Shown here in pieces: positions 27,501-37,970 of a stretch of DNA of 64,000 bases. This DNA is from Camelus ferus (lineage: Eukaryota), in assembly GCF_009834535.1 (NCBI RefSeq), contig NC_045696.1, forward strand, positions 39,124,001 through 39,188,000, in the 5' to 3' direction. A program made the position numbers and the translations under genes. The notes beneath the pieces were generated by a model. That model was not told the DNA's origin, made no database searches, and was given only the letters and a program-made list of their open reading frames with translations. Position 1 is the first letter of the stretch; the number at the start of each line of letters is the position of its first letter.

Positions 27501-30231
27501 TATCTCAACAACAATATTTAAAATGGCTTCTCTGTACCCAGGAGGATTTTATACACTGGGGTAACACACAGTAAGATCTGAGAAGAGGGAGAGGTACGCC
27601 TTCGTTTAGCTAAATGGGACAGAGCAATCATTTCTAGAGGGAGGCTATAAAGGAGACAGCAGGCAAGTTTTCAGCTGGATCAGTTTTCAGAAAGAGGTCA
27701 TAGAAAGTCAAAGATCCAGAAATGATTGCTTTAAAACTATCCACTCCCACAGGCCCCTCTGATAGCTTGTGTGTGCCCTTAGGGGTACATCATACTCTAG
27801 GAGTATGAGTGCCCTGTTTGAAGACACCTGGCTTATTTAAAAAATGACATATGTGGAAAGGTTGATAAAATGAAGACTAAAATAGAACAACGGCAAGAGA
27901 AGCAAACATGCTTCACAAGCGGGTTAACTTATGAAGGAGCATCAGATTTAGCCCAGAGATTTCTGGTCTGGTTCCATATATGCATCATTTTAAGCCCCTT
28001 TGTGTTGTCTGCCTTCTCCCCTTTCCTAGAAAAAAATGATTTTGTTTTTAGTAGTTACTGAAAGAAAGCTTTTGGGTAACTTCTGTCTGAGGAGAGGGTC
28101 TTCCGGATGGCTGAGTCCTGATGAGACAGAGCGAAGAAGAAATCTCAACTCACGGAAGAGTCTTACACTAGCATTCTTAATCTTTCCCCACAAAGTATTA
28201 CGCACACTGCTTGAGAAATAGCAGGTTTCAGTCCAGGTAATAGTTACCATCTTTCTTTTGAATTAGAACCCTTTTTTCTGGATGAAACAAAGAAAACATA
28301 TTTCTATGCTCCCAACTCTTGTCAGTATTAGAAACTCTAATTTTGTGAGGAAGAAAGTGGGACCCAGAGGGAGGAAAGGCTGGATTTTGAGTGGTTTCGG
28401 GGGAATAAAGGAGTTTTTTGAGGTGGACATATTAGGCAAAAAATTTAAAAGTACTCTAACTGTTTGAGGAAAAGCAAATACATCTAACTCATCCTGATGC
28501 ATTGGTGTTTATTAAGTGGAAAGACAGAAACTCATTTTGAGTCACACTCAACTGGTTGCTTTACCAAACTGCTTTCGTAAGGGCCTATGCATTTGATTAG
28601 TTTACTAGGAACAGGACATGAAAACAACTAGGCCTGTTTGAATAGGCTGTTTACCCAAGGGAGGATATAATTAACAAACTTATTAAAAATATTTAACCTA
28701 GACAGTTAACAGTGAGATAACAATTAAAACTATAAATACCACTTTATACCTATTAAATGAGCAGAAAACAAAAAAAAAGTTAGCTGCTAAGGATATGATG
28801 AAATGGAAACATTTATACTTCGTAGGTAGCAATAAAAATATTGGTAAAACCCCTTTAGAAGTCAATTTCGAGAGCTATGAAGATAATTTATATGCTTTGA
28901 CTTAGTAATTTAATTCTAGGAATATTATAATTTTTATTGGTAAAGGAAAAATTACATGCATGAAAATATTTATTGCTTTTATTTATAATAGTGCAAGCTT
29001 GAAAATAAATGTTCAATAATGAAGTAGGTAATTTTGGTCCTTTAGTTCAAAGTAATAGTATGGAGTGATTAAAAATACCATAATGATGTCTATGACAGTG
29101 TAGAAAATGCTTAAGAAAATGAAAAATAGTTCCTACACTAGGAATTATTCATACTTAAATTATTCATATTTAAATATGAAAAATCACATTGGGGAGAGCA
29201 TAATCGAGATTCTCTGTATTTTTTTCTGTGTAAAAATCATTATTAGATTTATGCAATAGTGCTTTATGAATTATCTAGACCAGATTGGACTTGTCATCTA
29301 GGGTCTTTTCCAAATAAAGATCCAGCCGAGGCTTAGTACCACCTCGTCCCTGCATTCTCCTTGTCCTCCTGGGAGCAGGGCCTGCCATCAACACAGACAT
29401 TTTCTCCTCAAACGAGTGCTGTTGTGAACCAGGGCACCTGAAGCCCAGCTTGTAGTCTCAACGTGGAGGCAAAATTTAAAATCCTTTTGTAGACTTATTA
29501 TTTTTCTTTAGAAAAATACAAAATGTAGCAAAAAATGTTCTATTAGGCTACATGGAGGCAAATTCAAGGAATGCGGTAAAGTATGGGAAAATCAGTTGAT
29601 TCGATTTTTGATCACAAAGAAAACCTTGATAATTCTGGATCCAAGGTCTATTTCCAGGTCCCAGATGCTTCTGAAACTTCTAAGAGAGGACATGGTGCAT
29701 TATACGGAGCAAATCTTGGGGGTCGATGAAACTGCTCCTGAACTCGTGAACTCTGGGAATACACACCTGACGTTACTTAACGGCCAGTCTCCTATAAAGG
29801 AAATACCTCTGGAGAGCATTTCTGTGAATGAGCCACCAGATAGTGCCTGCTTGAGACACCACCGTTTCTATGACTTACTGGGTGCCTATCAGATCATGAG
29901 CTCAGTGAGGTCTCCATTTCTTCATCTGTGAAATGAGGAAGTCAGACCAGATTAAGAGATGGTCTGCAGACTGTTTGGATAGCCCATGTGGTGTATTAAA
30001 TTGGAAAATTTCACATGAAAATATGAATTTTTCTTTTGAAAAATCAGAATCTGGCAAACACTGGGCTCAAGTTCTCTCATCAGAAGAGAAGGCTGAAACT
30101 GTCCAGCCACCACCCCCAGGGGAGCAGACTGCCTATAGTTGCCACCGTCTCTGCCACTCACTCCCTCCTGTCTCACCTGCAGTAGCAGTTAAATTGCAAT
30201 CTCTGGGAAACCCTTGGCTTTTACATTAGGT

Positions 30232-30703
30232 TGATATGCTGGTTAATTGTTTAACACATGGCTTTCCAGAAAAATTTAAAAAAGCCCTATATGTAGTGTT
30301 TGCTGATTTCCATGACATAAAAATACTTCCACTGTAGTTGATTTCAAGCTATGGATATGACAGAGATATGCACAGCCTATAGTGTAGTGAAGTGTAATAT
30401 AATATAATATAATATAATATAATTTAGTGTCTTATTGTCTATAGGGGAGTATAGCACAGTATAGTGTAGTATTTCTACCACATAGATACGAGGTGTCATA
30501 GCCATAAATAACCTTGAAAACAACAGATCATAGTAAAATGGAGTAAAGTAGGAAGTGGCGAATTTTAAGTATTTATTACTTTCATTTTAAACATAATTTA
30601 TTTGTGTGTTTATATAATTTAATTTTTAATAATGTTTATTTTTTAACAGCCTTAAAATTGAACAATTGGCTCTTGCAAGTGGATCTGAGCAGACTTGGGC
30701 ACT
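30232..30703. mobile_element. hAT DNA transposon remnant (Arthur1-like) containing (TAATA)n
   Basis: Runs from tgctggttaattgtttaaca to aacaattggctcttgcaag...gcac, resembling the recalled Arthur1 ends. Confidence 0.5.
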
Positions 30704-31649
30704 CTGCAGATTATTCCTAAGGCCAGAGACAGTATGTGGTTCCTCCTAACCCCCGACCCAACACTTGCCATAGTAGGAGCACTCAGTACAATTGTTGAGA
30801 AAGAATGAATAAATAAATATTTAGTGAGTCTACTGCCTAATCCTCTTTGCAGCCCTAGGGAGCCAGATGTCTCCCCCACGCAAAACAGGAACATTTTCCC
30901 CTGCCATATTTACTTTGCTCTCCAACTCCTCCTCTCCCCCATTTTGTTTTTTAAGAAATAAAGGGAATCTTTGGATGAAAGATTTTTAAGATATTTGGAT
31001 GAAAAACAGAATCTTTGAGCAAAAAGTAAAATTATATTCTGAATAAAAATAGTCAATAGCAAAGACTTCAAGGGCCTGACTAGAAAAATTAGCTCAAAAT
31101 AATGTATATAAATGCAAGTTACTGTATATAAATATACTTATAAATTTTCAAAGAAAGTTGAGGGCTTTCTTCTATGTTCATTCTACTAGTTCTCTTGCAT
31201 TTTGAAAGAGTAGATTGTTAATTCATTCCGTTATTACTTGTCTAGTTACTGATAATCAGACTGGGCATGTGGCAAAAAATGTCACAGTATTTATTCACAG
31301 ACTAAGGTCTGAAGAATCCTGGGCTCCTTACTCTAGAAACTACATTATATAGTAATTTCAGCATTTTTGCTAAAATGTCTTAAAATCTACATGAGTGAGT
31401 GCTGAGTGACAGCTCAGAAATCAGCTGGCTGAATTACTCTGTTCACTCGGGAAAATGCCTGTCTTTCATCCTAAGTGGCTACTTCAGAACCAAGGTCTAT
31501 GTTTTATGCAATCCCTCGTGTCCTAAAGGATTTTTTCTTTGAAGAACAAAAGAATCAGATATACATTTTAATGAATCATATTGTAGCTTTTCACTGAAAG
31601 GGGTACATCACTTAGGATATAAAGAAGTGAAAACAAACATGCTTGGCCT

Positions 31650-32319
31650 TATAACAAACAGGACCTTATGGGGCCTTCCCGGGGCAGAACTCTACCCCCA
31701 CGTCCTCTGCCTACCTCTTGTTTATAGAAAAGCTGTAGTCTCCCAGGCCTCCTCTTAGTCAAAAATGCCTGGCTCAAGAATTAACGATTGAAAGGATGTG
31801 AACATGTAGTGACAAAAGTAGCAGTTGGGCCAGAAGAACTGGTAACAAGTTAAACAGTAAATCAGCCGTAGGGAAGTCACAGAATCTTTAGTTTCTCCCT
31901 GAAGTACACAAATAACAGTATCTGATGCACATTTCCTGAGTTGTTTTACAGACGCTAAAACCTCCATGAAATGGAAGAAATTAACTACTTGATGACCATG
32001 AGCACATAGCCCCCAGACCTACCGGAGCCTGAGGATTGATAATGTTAACTTCTGTGACACCGCCCTGTTATCTCACCATCAACCAATCAGAGAATTGTGC
32101 ATGGGCTGATCACACACTCTGTGACTCCCCTCCCTTACCTTGCTTTTAAAAATGCTTCCTTGAAACCCATCAGAGAGTTCAGGTTTTTTGAGCATCAGCC
32201 ATCCCAAACTCCTTGTCTGACACCTTAACAATAAACGCTGCACTTTCCTTCCCCACCCAGTGTTAACAGATTGGCTTTACTGTGTGTAGGAAAGTGGACC
32301 CAAGTTTGGTTCAGTAACA
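31650..32319 (+). mobile_element. Solo ERV LTR (ERV1-like), antisense to GABRR3
   Basis: Ends in ...ggttcagtaaca. CCAAT at ~32083, TATA-like ttttaaaaa at ~32144 and AATAAA at ~32230 occur in LTR order. Confidence 0.75.
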
Positions 32320-32354
32320 GTGCCATGGAGTAGAAAGCCTGAGTTTCCAGGCAA

Positions 32355-32391
32355 GGGGGTATAGCTCAGGGTTAGAGCATTTGACTGCAGA
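32355..32391 (+). pseudogene. Tailless retropseudogene of the tRNA-Cys(GCA) 5' half
   Basis: GGGGGTATAGCTCAGGGTTAGAGCATTTGACTGCAGA matches the 5' half of mammalian tRNA-Cys up to the anticodon loop. It is flanked by the exact direct repeat AGAAAGCCTGAGTTTCC (32332-48 and 32389-405) and has no poly(A). Confidence 0.88.
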
Positions 32392-33902
32392 AAGCCTGAG
32401 TTTCCCTCTTCATTTAAACTTTTAAAGAAAAACATTTCCACCCTACCACAAAGAACAGGTGTTCTCCTCTTGTCCCTTAAAAATGACACCTAAAAAACAT
32501 ACATGGTAGATTTTTTCTGCAGCCACTCTTCCAATGACAGGGGACTGGTGAAATTAACTCCTGTGACAGTCTCCCTTCTCATCTACACATCCACCAAACA
32601 AACTGGACGAATCTACTGTTTGAGTAGCAGATGGTATTTTTAAGCAGTCTCCATTTGTTCAAAATTAGATAAAATATACCACACAGATGTTATAAGCAAT
32701 CTGAAAAAGCATATAGCCTGGTTATACAACCCCACGTTTCCCAAGTATTGCTTGCCTAATTGCCTTGAAGAAGACTCAGAAAGTGGTTAAACTGGACAAG
32801 ATTTCATAGCATCTCAGATCTGCATGTGGAAGCAGAAGCCCGGAAGGGAAGTATGAGAGGCAGTCCTTCATTTTTAAGAGCAGAGCAGAGATCAGGAATC
32901 TAGTGACCTCTCCCTCCCCCCACATCTCCCTCCCCCGACCTTGCTTTTGTTTTTGTTCATTAAACCTGAGTCTTCAGGAGGATTTATTAAATTTTTATGT
33001 TCTCTTTCGTGATCTTATTGTGAGTTCTTCATAAATATTCAAGATGTGAGGGCAATCTGGCTGAGACATATGTCACCTCACAAATGCCACTGTTGGCTGG
33101 GTGGTATCACTCACCTTCAGTCCTCAATTTCGCCTACTGGGTCTTTTTGGAAATCTTGTGCTTGTTGAAAAGGACAGACTCCCCCCAGGACATTCTTTGA
33201 CCATTAAAGGTACATACGTAGAAAGGTGACTAATTGTTCTAGTTTGCCTGGGACTGAGGGGTGTCCCTGGGACTTTCAGTGCTAAAAACCACGAAGCCCC
33301 AAGCAAATGAGGAAGAACTGATCATTCTAGCAGTGGGCTGTGCCCCTTCACTAGCAGGTCCAAATATACTCTCCATTATTGATGATAAGATAATAATGGT
33401 GATGTAGTGACATTCAGGATGATATTTCAAAGGTGATTTTCAAAATGGAAAACTAATCTTAAAAAAAAAAACAACAAATGGCTTTAATGCCTTTCAGTAC
33501 TGTCTCATTAATATATAGAACTATACACTCTGCAAGTACTTGACATTAGAAATTGGTGCTTAGACTGATGTGTACTCAGAGAAGTTCTGAAGAAACATTA
33601 AACATGTTGTTTTTTTTTTTATAATAAATGCATTACTCATTGGAGAAATACATTACCTGGAAGAAGATTCACACATGAGCCCCTGAACTGTATTTTTTTT
33701 CCTAAAAAATTCAAATGCCAGCAGAGACCCCAAATACTGCTCTTTCCATGCTAACCAGAGGTGATTTATTTTAATGAGTTAATGCTATCTCTAGAGAAAA
33801 TCAGTGCCACAAATTTGGGCTACTGTTGAAGATTTATTTCCCCACAGGTCTGAGGTGGCTAGTGAGGGAAATAGAGATTAACTTATGGCTATCTTTCGGT
33901 CA

Positions 33903-34033
33903 TTAGGTTTGTTTGTTTGTTTGTTTGTTTGTTTGTTTGTTTATTTATTTATTTATATAAGGAGGGCACTGGGGATTGAACCCAGGACCTTGTGCATGCT
34001 AAGCACGCACTCTACCTTTGAGCTATAACCCCC
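33903..34033 (-). mobile_element. tRNA-Ala-derived SINE (vic-1-like) with an (AAAT)/(AAAC)n tail
   Basis: The reverse complement reads GGGGGTTATAGCTCAAAGGTAGAGTGCGTGCTTAGCATGCACAAGGTCCTGGGTTCAATCCCCAGTGCCCTCC, with A and B boxes recognisable. Confidence 0.85.
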
Positions 34034-34053
34034 TCGGGTTGTGGATATCTTAC

Positions 34054-34178
34054 CGGGTCCATTTCATTGAAGAGGAGCAGCACTGGTGGGGCTTCTTGAT
34101 TTCAGCAGCAGCAAAAGCATTTGGTGTCAGTGTAATCCAGATGCAGGTGAAGAAGACCAATAGGGACGCCAGGATCAT
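34054..34178 (-). CDS. GABRR3: GABA-A receptor rho3, first coding exon (125 nt; signal peptide)
   Basis: Manual translation from the ATG at 34178 gives MILASLLVFFTCIWITLTPNAFAAAEIKKPHQCCSSSMKWT(R), which resembles the rho3 N-terminus as recalled (MVLAFQLVSFTYIWI...). It ends at a GTAAG donor (cttac at 34049-34053) in a phase matching the next exon. Confidence 0.92.
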
Positions 34179-34355
34179 CTCTTCCAAAAGAAAGGAAGGT
34201 AGATGGATGCAACCAATACTGTTACCAATATTGCTTCTTCTTGTGTCTTTTAAAAAGTAATTAGAGTGTCAGGGAAAAGGCATCAAGGGAAAAAGAGAGA
34301 CATTGCCTTCGATGGTCTTTTGTTCTAGTAGGTTAAGTAGATTGACATCACTTAC

Positions 34356-34450
34356 AGGCAAACATCTGTCTGGATCGTCAGCAATTTAAGGAAAATAAAG
34401 CAGATTTTTTTCATTTTCAGTTTCCACCCTTTAGTCCCTCTTTCCAGGGG
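34356..34450 (-). other. GABRR3: Probable non-coding 5' UTR exon of GABRR3 (5' boundary unknown), followed by a ~175-nt intron
   Basis: Consensus GTAAGT donor at 34350-34355 on the minus strand. A pyrimidine tract plus AG (ccttcctttcttttggaag) ends at 34181, two bases before the ATG. Confidence 0.5.
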
Positions 34451-34730
34451 AGGTTCTTAGTGGGATGCTTGATCCCCTCCTCAATAAACTCAGCTGTGGT
34501 CCTCGGCAGACAAAGAAGTGAGGTCAGGCATTAAGTCCCCTTAATCCCACACAATATCATTTAAATATATTTAAATACTCAGCAAAGTAATATGCTTAAT
34601 GAGAACGTAGATGATTAATTTAATTTTAATTACACTTTAAAGACCTTTTCCTTTATCTCACTGGTTCCTTTTTAATCCAGAAAGAAAAGAATCATTCCCT
34701 CCCCAAATGCATACAGATGGCCAGAGTACA
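34360..34730 (-). promoter_or_regulatory. Putative GABRR3 proximal promoter with OTX2/CRX-, MAF/NRL- and bHLH-type motifs
   Basis: TAATCC at 34542-47 and 34673-78. AT-rich TGCTGAC half-site on the minus strand at ~34377-88. E-boxes CAGCTG at 34491-96 and CAGATGG at 34714-20. The sequence shows no recognisable repeats and lies immediately upstream of the gene start. Confidence 0.45.
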
Positions 34731-36339
34731 AAGAAAAAATTAAATTATTATTTTGTCAAATTAATAAACATAGTTTAAGATGATGGTTTATTCCACTGAC
34801 ATCAAAAGTGGTTCAGTTTAAGGTTTAATATGGTGAGCAGCCAGATAAATAAAAAGAAATTAGTCTTCGGCAGTGGGTAAATTATGGTCAAATAGGCTTC
34901 TAAGGGTACTTTGCACACATAGAGTAGAAATATTCCCTGGAAATATTCCCTTTATGATGAATGGACATATCAGTGAAATTCAATTTCTCCAACTGGGAAA
35001 TCACAGGGCGAGCAATACAGTGACATCTGACCTGTTTACTAGGACTCAAGAAGAATGCTGTTCTCTTCCCAGGAATATACTGTGAAGGAATTCTAAAATT
35101 TCCTCAAATTGATTTGTCTCCTTGACGCCTTGTGCAATTGCTTGATTGTGTTCATTCATTTTGGCTTGGGTTACACCTTCTCTTAGCTGATGCATTATCA
35201 CCTCCTCCTCCGTTTCTTCGGCATGTCTTTCTTTCCTTTTTAAAATATGGTTAATATAAAATATTATAAATATTAAAATACTACAATTATACAGAATGAT
35301 GTAATAAATCCTTACCTCTTCTTTATCCCCTATTTAGTATTTATCATCAGATATAGTTATACTATTATATATATTCATAAATAATTCACAAATCTTTTGC
35401 ATGTTTCAGGAAACTATAAAAATGGTGTTAAATTATACTTTTATTTCTGCAACATATTTTTTCTGTCCCACATTGTGCTTAGATTTATCATGTTGATAGA
35501 TGTAGCCCTAGTTAATTCATTTTTAACCACTATTTCAGTGTGTGGATAACTAAAACCTTTCTTATTCATTCTTCTGTTGATGGACTTTATTTCTTATTTT
35601 TTCTATCAAACAATCTATTATAAACAATCTTACAGTGCATTTTTGTCAACATTATCTTGCACTCATGTGGAAGAGTTTTTTTAGGGTAAATACCTAGAAG
35701 TAAAACTGCTAGGCTGAACATTTTCACATCTTCAAATTTACAGGAGACTGCCATAATGCTCATTAACACGACGGCCCCAATTTAAAGCCCCACTAGCAGT
35801 GAATGAGAGCCCTCAGTTCTTAAAATCTTTTCAAGATTGATATTATCAGGCTTTGAAAAATTACCCAATGCAACGAATGTTGTAGTTTTAATTTTAATTT
35901 CCCTAATGCGTAGAGAAATTTGAGCATTTTTTTCATGTATTTCTGGGCCAGTAGGCTTTCCTCTTGTACAGAAAGCCAGTCAATAGAGGAAATGTAAGGG
36001 AAGTTGCTGGTCTTAAGCTACTGTCACTATGGCAGCTGGAGGATGTCACTGTGGTCAAAGTTTGGTTTCCATCTAAGTGCTCCCATGAGATCCAGGGCCC
36101 CCAACTCTTGACCCCAGCTCTCTGTGCTACCCAGATCTGTTCTCTTCACTGAGTACTGTTATCTACACTGACATTTGCCAGAGTAGTTCTTGGCTACACT
36201 GGAGATGATTTGTGAGAAAATGTTCTGTGCTAAGTGAGTTTGGGAAAAACTATGCATTTCACTGCCCTCTCGGGGATTCACAGTTCACACTACATGGTTC
36301 AATGAGAGTGGCCCTTAGCAACGAGGAGGATGTTAGTCC

Positions 36340-37970
36340 GACAGTCTAGTCGCAGTCCTTGTCTTACTTGATCTACTGGACACAGTGACACACTTGATTT
36401 CTCCCTCTTATTTGAAACAGTTCCTTTACCTGTCCTCTCTGTGCTGTGCTGTACTCTCCTGTTTTCCTCTTAACTCTTGGTCATCCTCTCTCTGATCCCC
36501 TTTCTCTGTCAAATTCCATAGCATTGGCGCAGTCCTACACTCAGTACTTGAGTACTTGCCTCTCTTACATCTTTAGTGATCTCACCCAGTCTAGAGGCTT
36601 TAAAAATGATACCAAACACTCCCAAATTTATATTTTCAGTCCAGGCTTTCCTCCCAAAGTTCCATCTTATATTGCTATGGTTTCAATGTTTGTGTTCCTC
36701 AAAATACAAATGTTGGAATCCAAATCTCCAAAGGTGATGGTTTTAGTAGGCCAGGTCTTTGGGAGGTGATTAGGTCATGAGGATGAAGCCCTCAAAAATG
36801 GGATTAGTGCCCTTATCAAAGAGACCCCAGAGAGATCCCTTACGCCTTCCATCATGTGAAGACACAACAGAAGTCTGCAGCCCAGAAGACAGTCCTCAAT
36901 CTGACCAAGCTGGCACCCTGATCTTGGAGTTTCAACTTCCAGAATTGTGGGAAATAAATTTCTGTTGTTTATAAGCTGCCCATGTGTGACATAGTATTAC
37001 AATGGCCCAAGTGGACTAAGACACATACCCAACTGCCTGCTTAATATTTCCACATGGATGTCTGATAAATACCTCAAGTTCAACATGTCCAAAAGCCAGC
37101 TTGTTAACATCCCTCCCTCCAGTCCCACTATAGCCTTCTTTATCTCAGCTGATAACAACACTGTCCTTTCTTGACTCATCTGTCTGACACTTCTTGTCCA
37201 ATTCACCTTAAGAATGCATCCAGGGTCCAAGTGCTTCTCACCACCAGCTCAGCTACCACCCTAGCCTTTTAGTCATCGTCACCTGTTGCTTGAATGATTG
37301 CAGTTGTGCCCTGTCTCCTGGCTTCTTCCCTGGCCTTGTTTCAGTCAACTCTCAACAGAGCAAACAGTGATCCCTTAAAAATATAAGTCAGATCAAGTTA
37401 CTCCTCCCTTCAAAACTCTGCAATTGCTTCTCAGTCTCTTCAATTTAAAAAGTCTTTTCTATGGCCAGGAAAGCCCTACATAATCTACAACTCCCCCTTC
37501 CTCCTTGCCTTCTGGTTTCTCAGGCTGTTCCCTCCACCCTCACCACCTGTTCCACTAACACTGGCCTCTTTGCTGTTCCTTGAACATACCAAACATGATC
37601 CCACCTCAGGGTCTTTGCACTGGTGGTCAACCTTGCCTGACACACTCTTCACATGGGAATCCATATGACTAACTCCCTTAATGAATTTAAATCTTCGCTC
37701 AAATGTCATTTTTTTCCATGATGCATACCCGAACCACTCTTTAAAAAAATGCAGTATACTCCCTTTCTTCCCACAACCTGTGTTACCAATCTATCATATG
37801 CCCCATTAGCATGTTTTATACAGTAAACTCATTGTATTTATTATTCATTATTGTCTAATCCTGCTAGAGTGTAAGCTCTACAAGGAAGCATTCTTTGTTT
37901 TGTTCCCTGGGGTATCCTAAACACTTCTAACCATTCTTGGCATGTAATCAGTGTTTAATAAATATTTGTT
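36340..37970 (+). mobile_element. L2 LINE interrupted by an MLT1A LTR (~36672-37022)
   Basis: L2 motifs and a 3' end (aataaatatttgtt). The nested element runs tgctatggttt...aataaatttctgttgtttataagc...ggactaagaca. Confidence 0.8.

Noticed and set aside
33960..34033. Functional tRNA-Ala genes (also at 21161 and 41515)
   Set aside because: The stems carry mismatches, and the copies share A-rich tails and, where visible, TSDs, which marks them as SINE copies.
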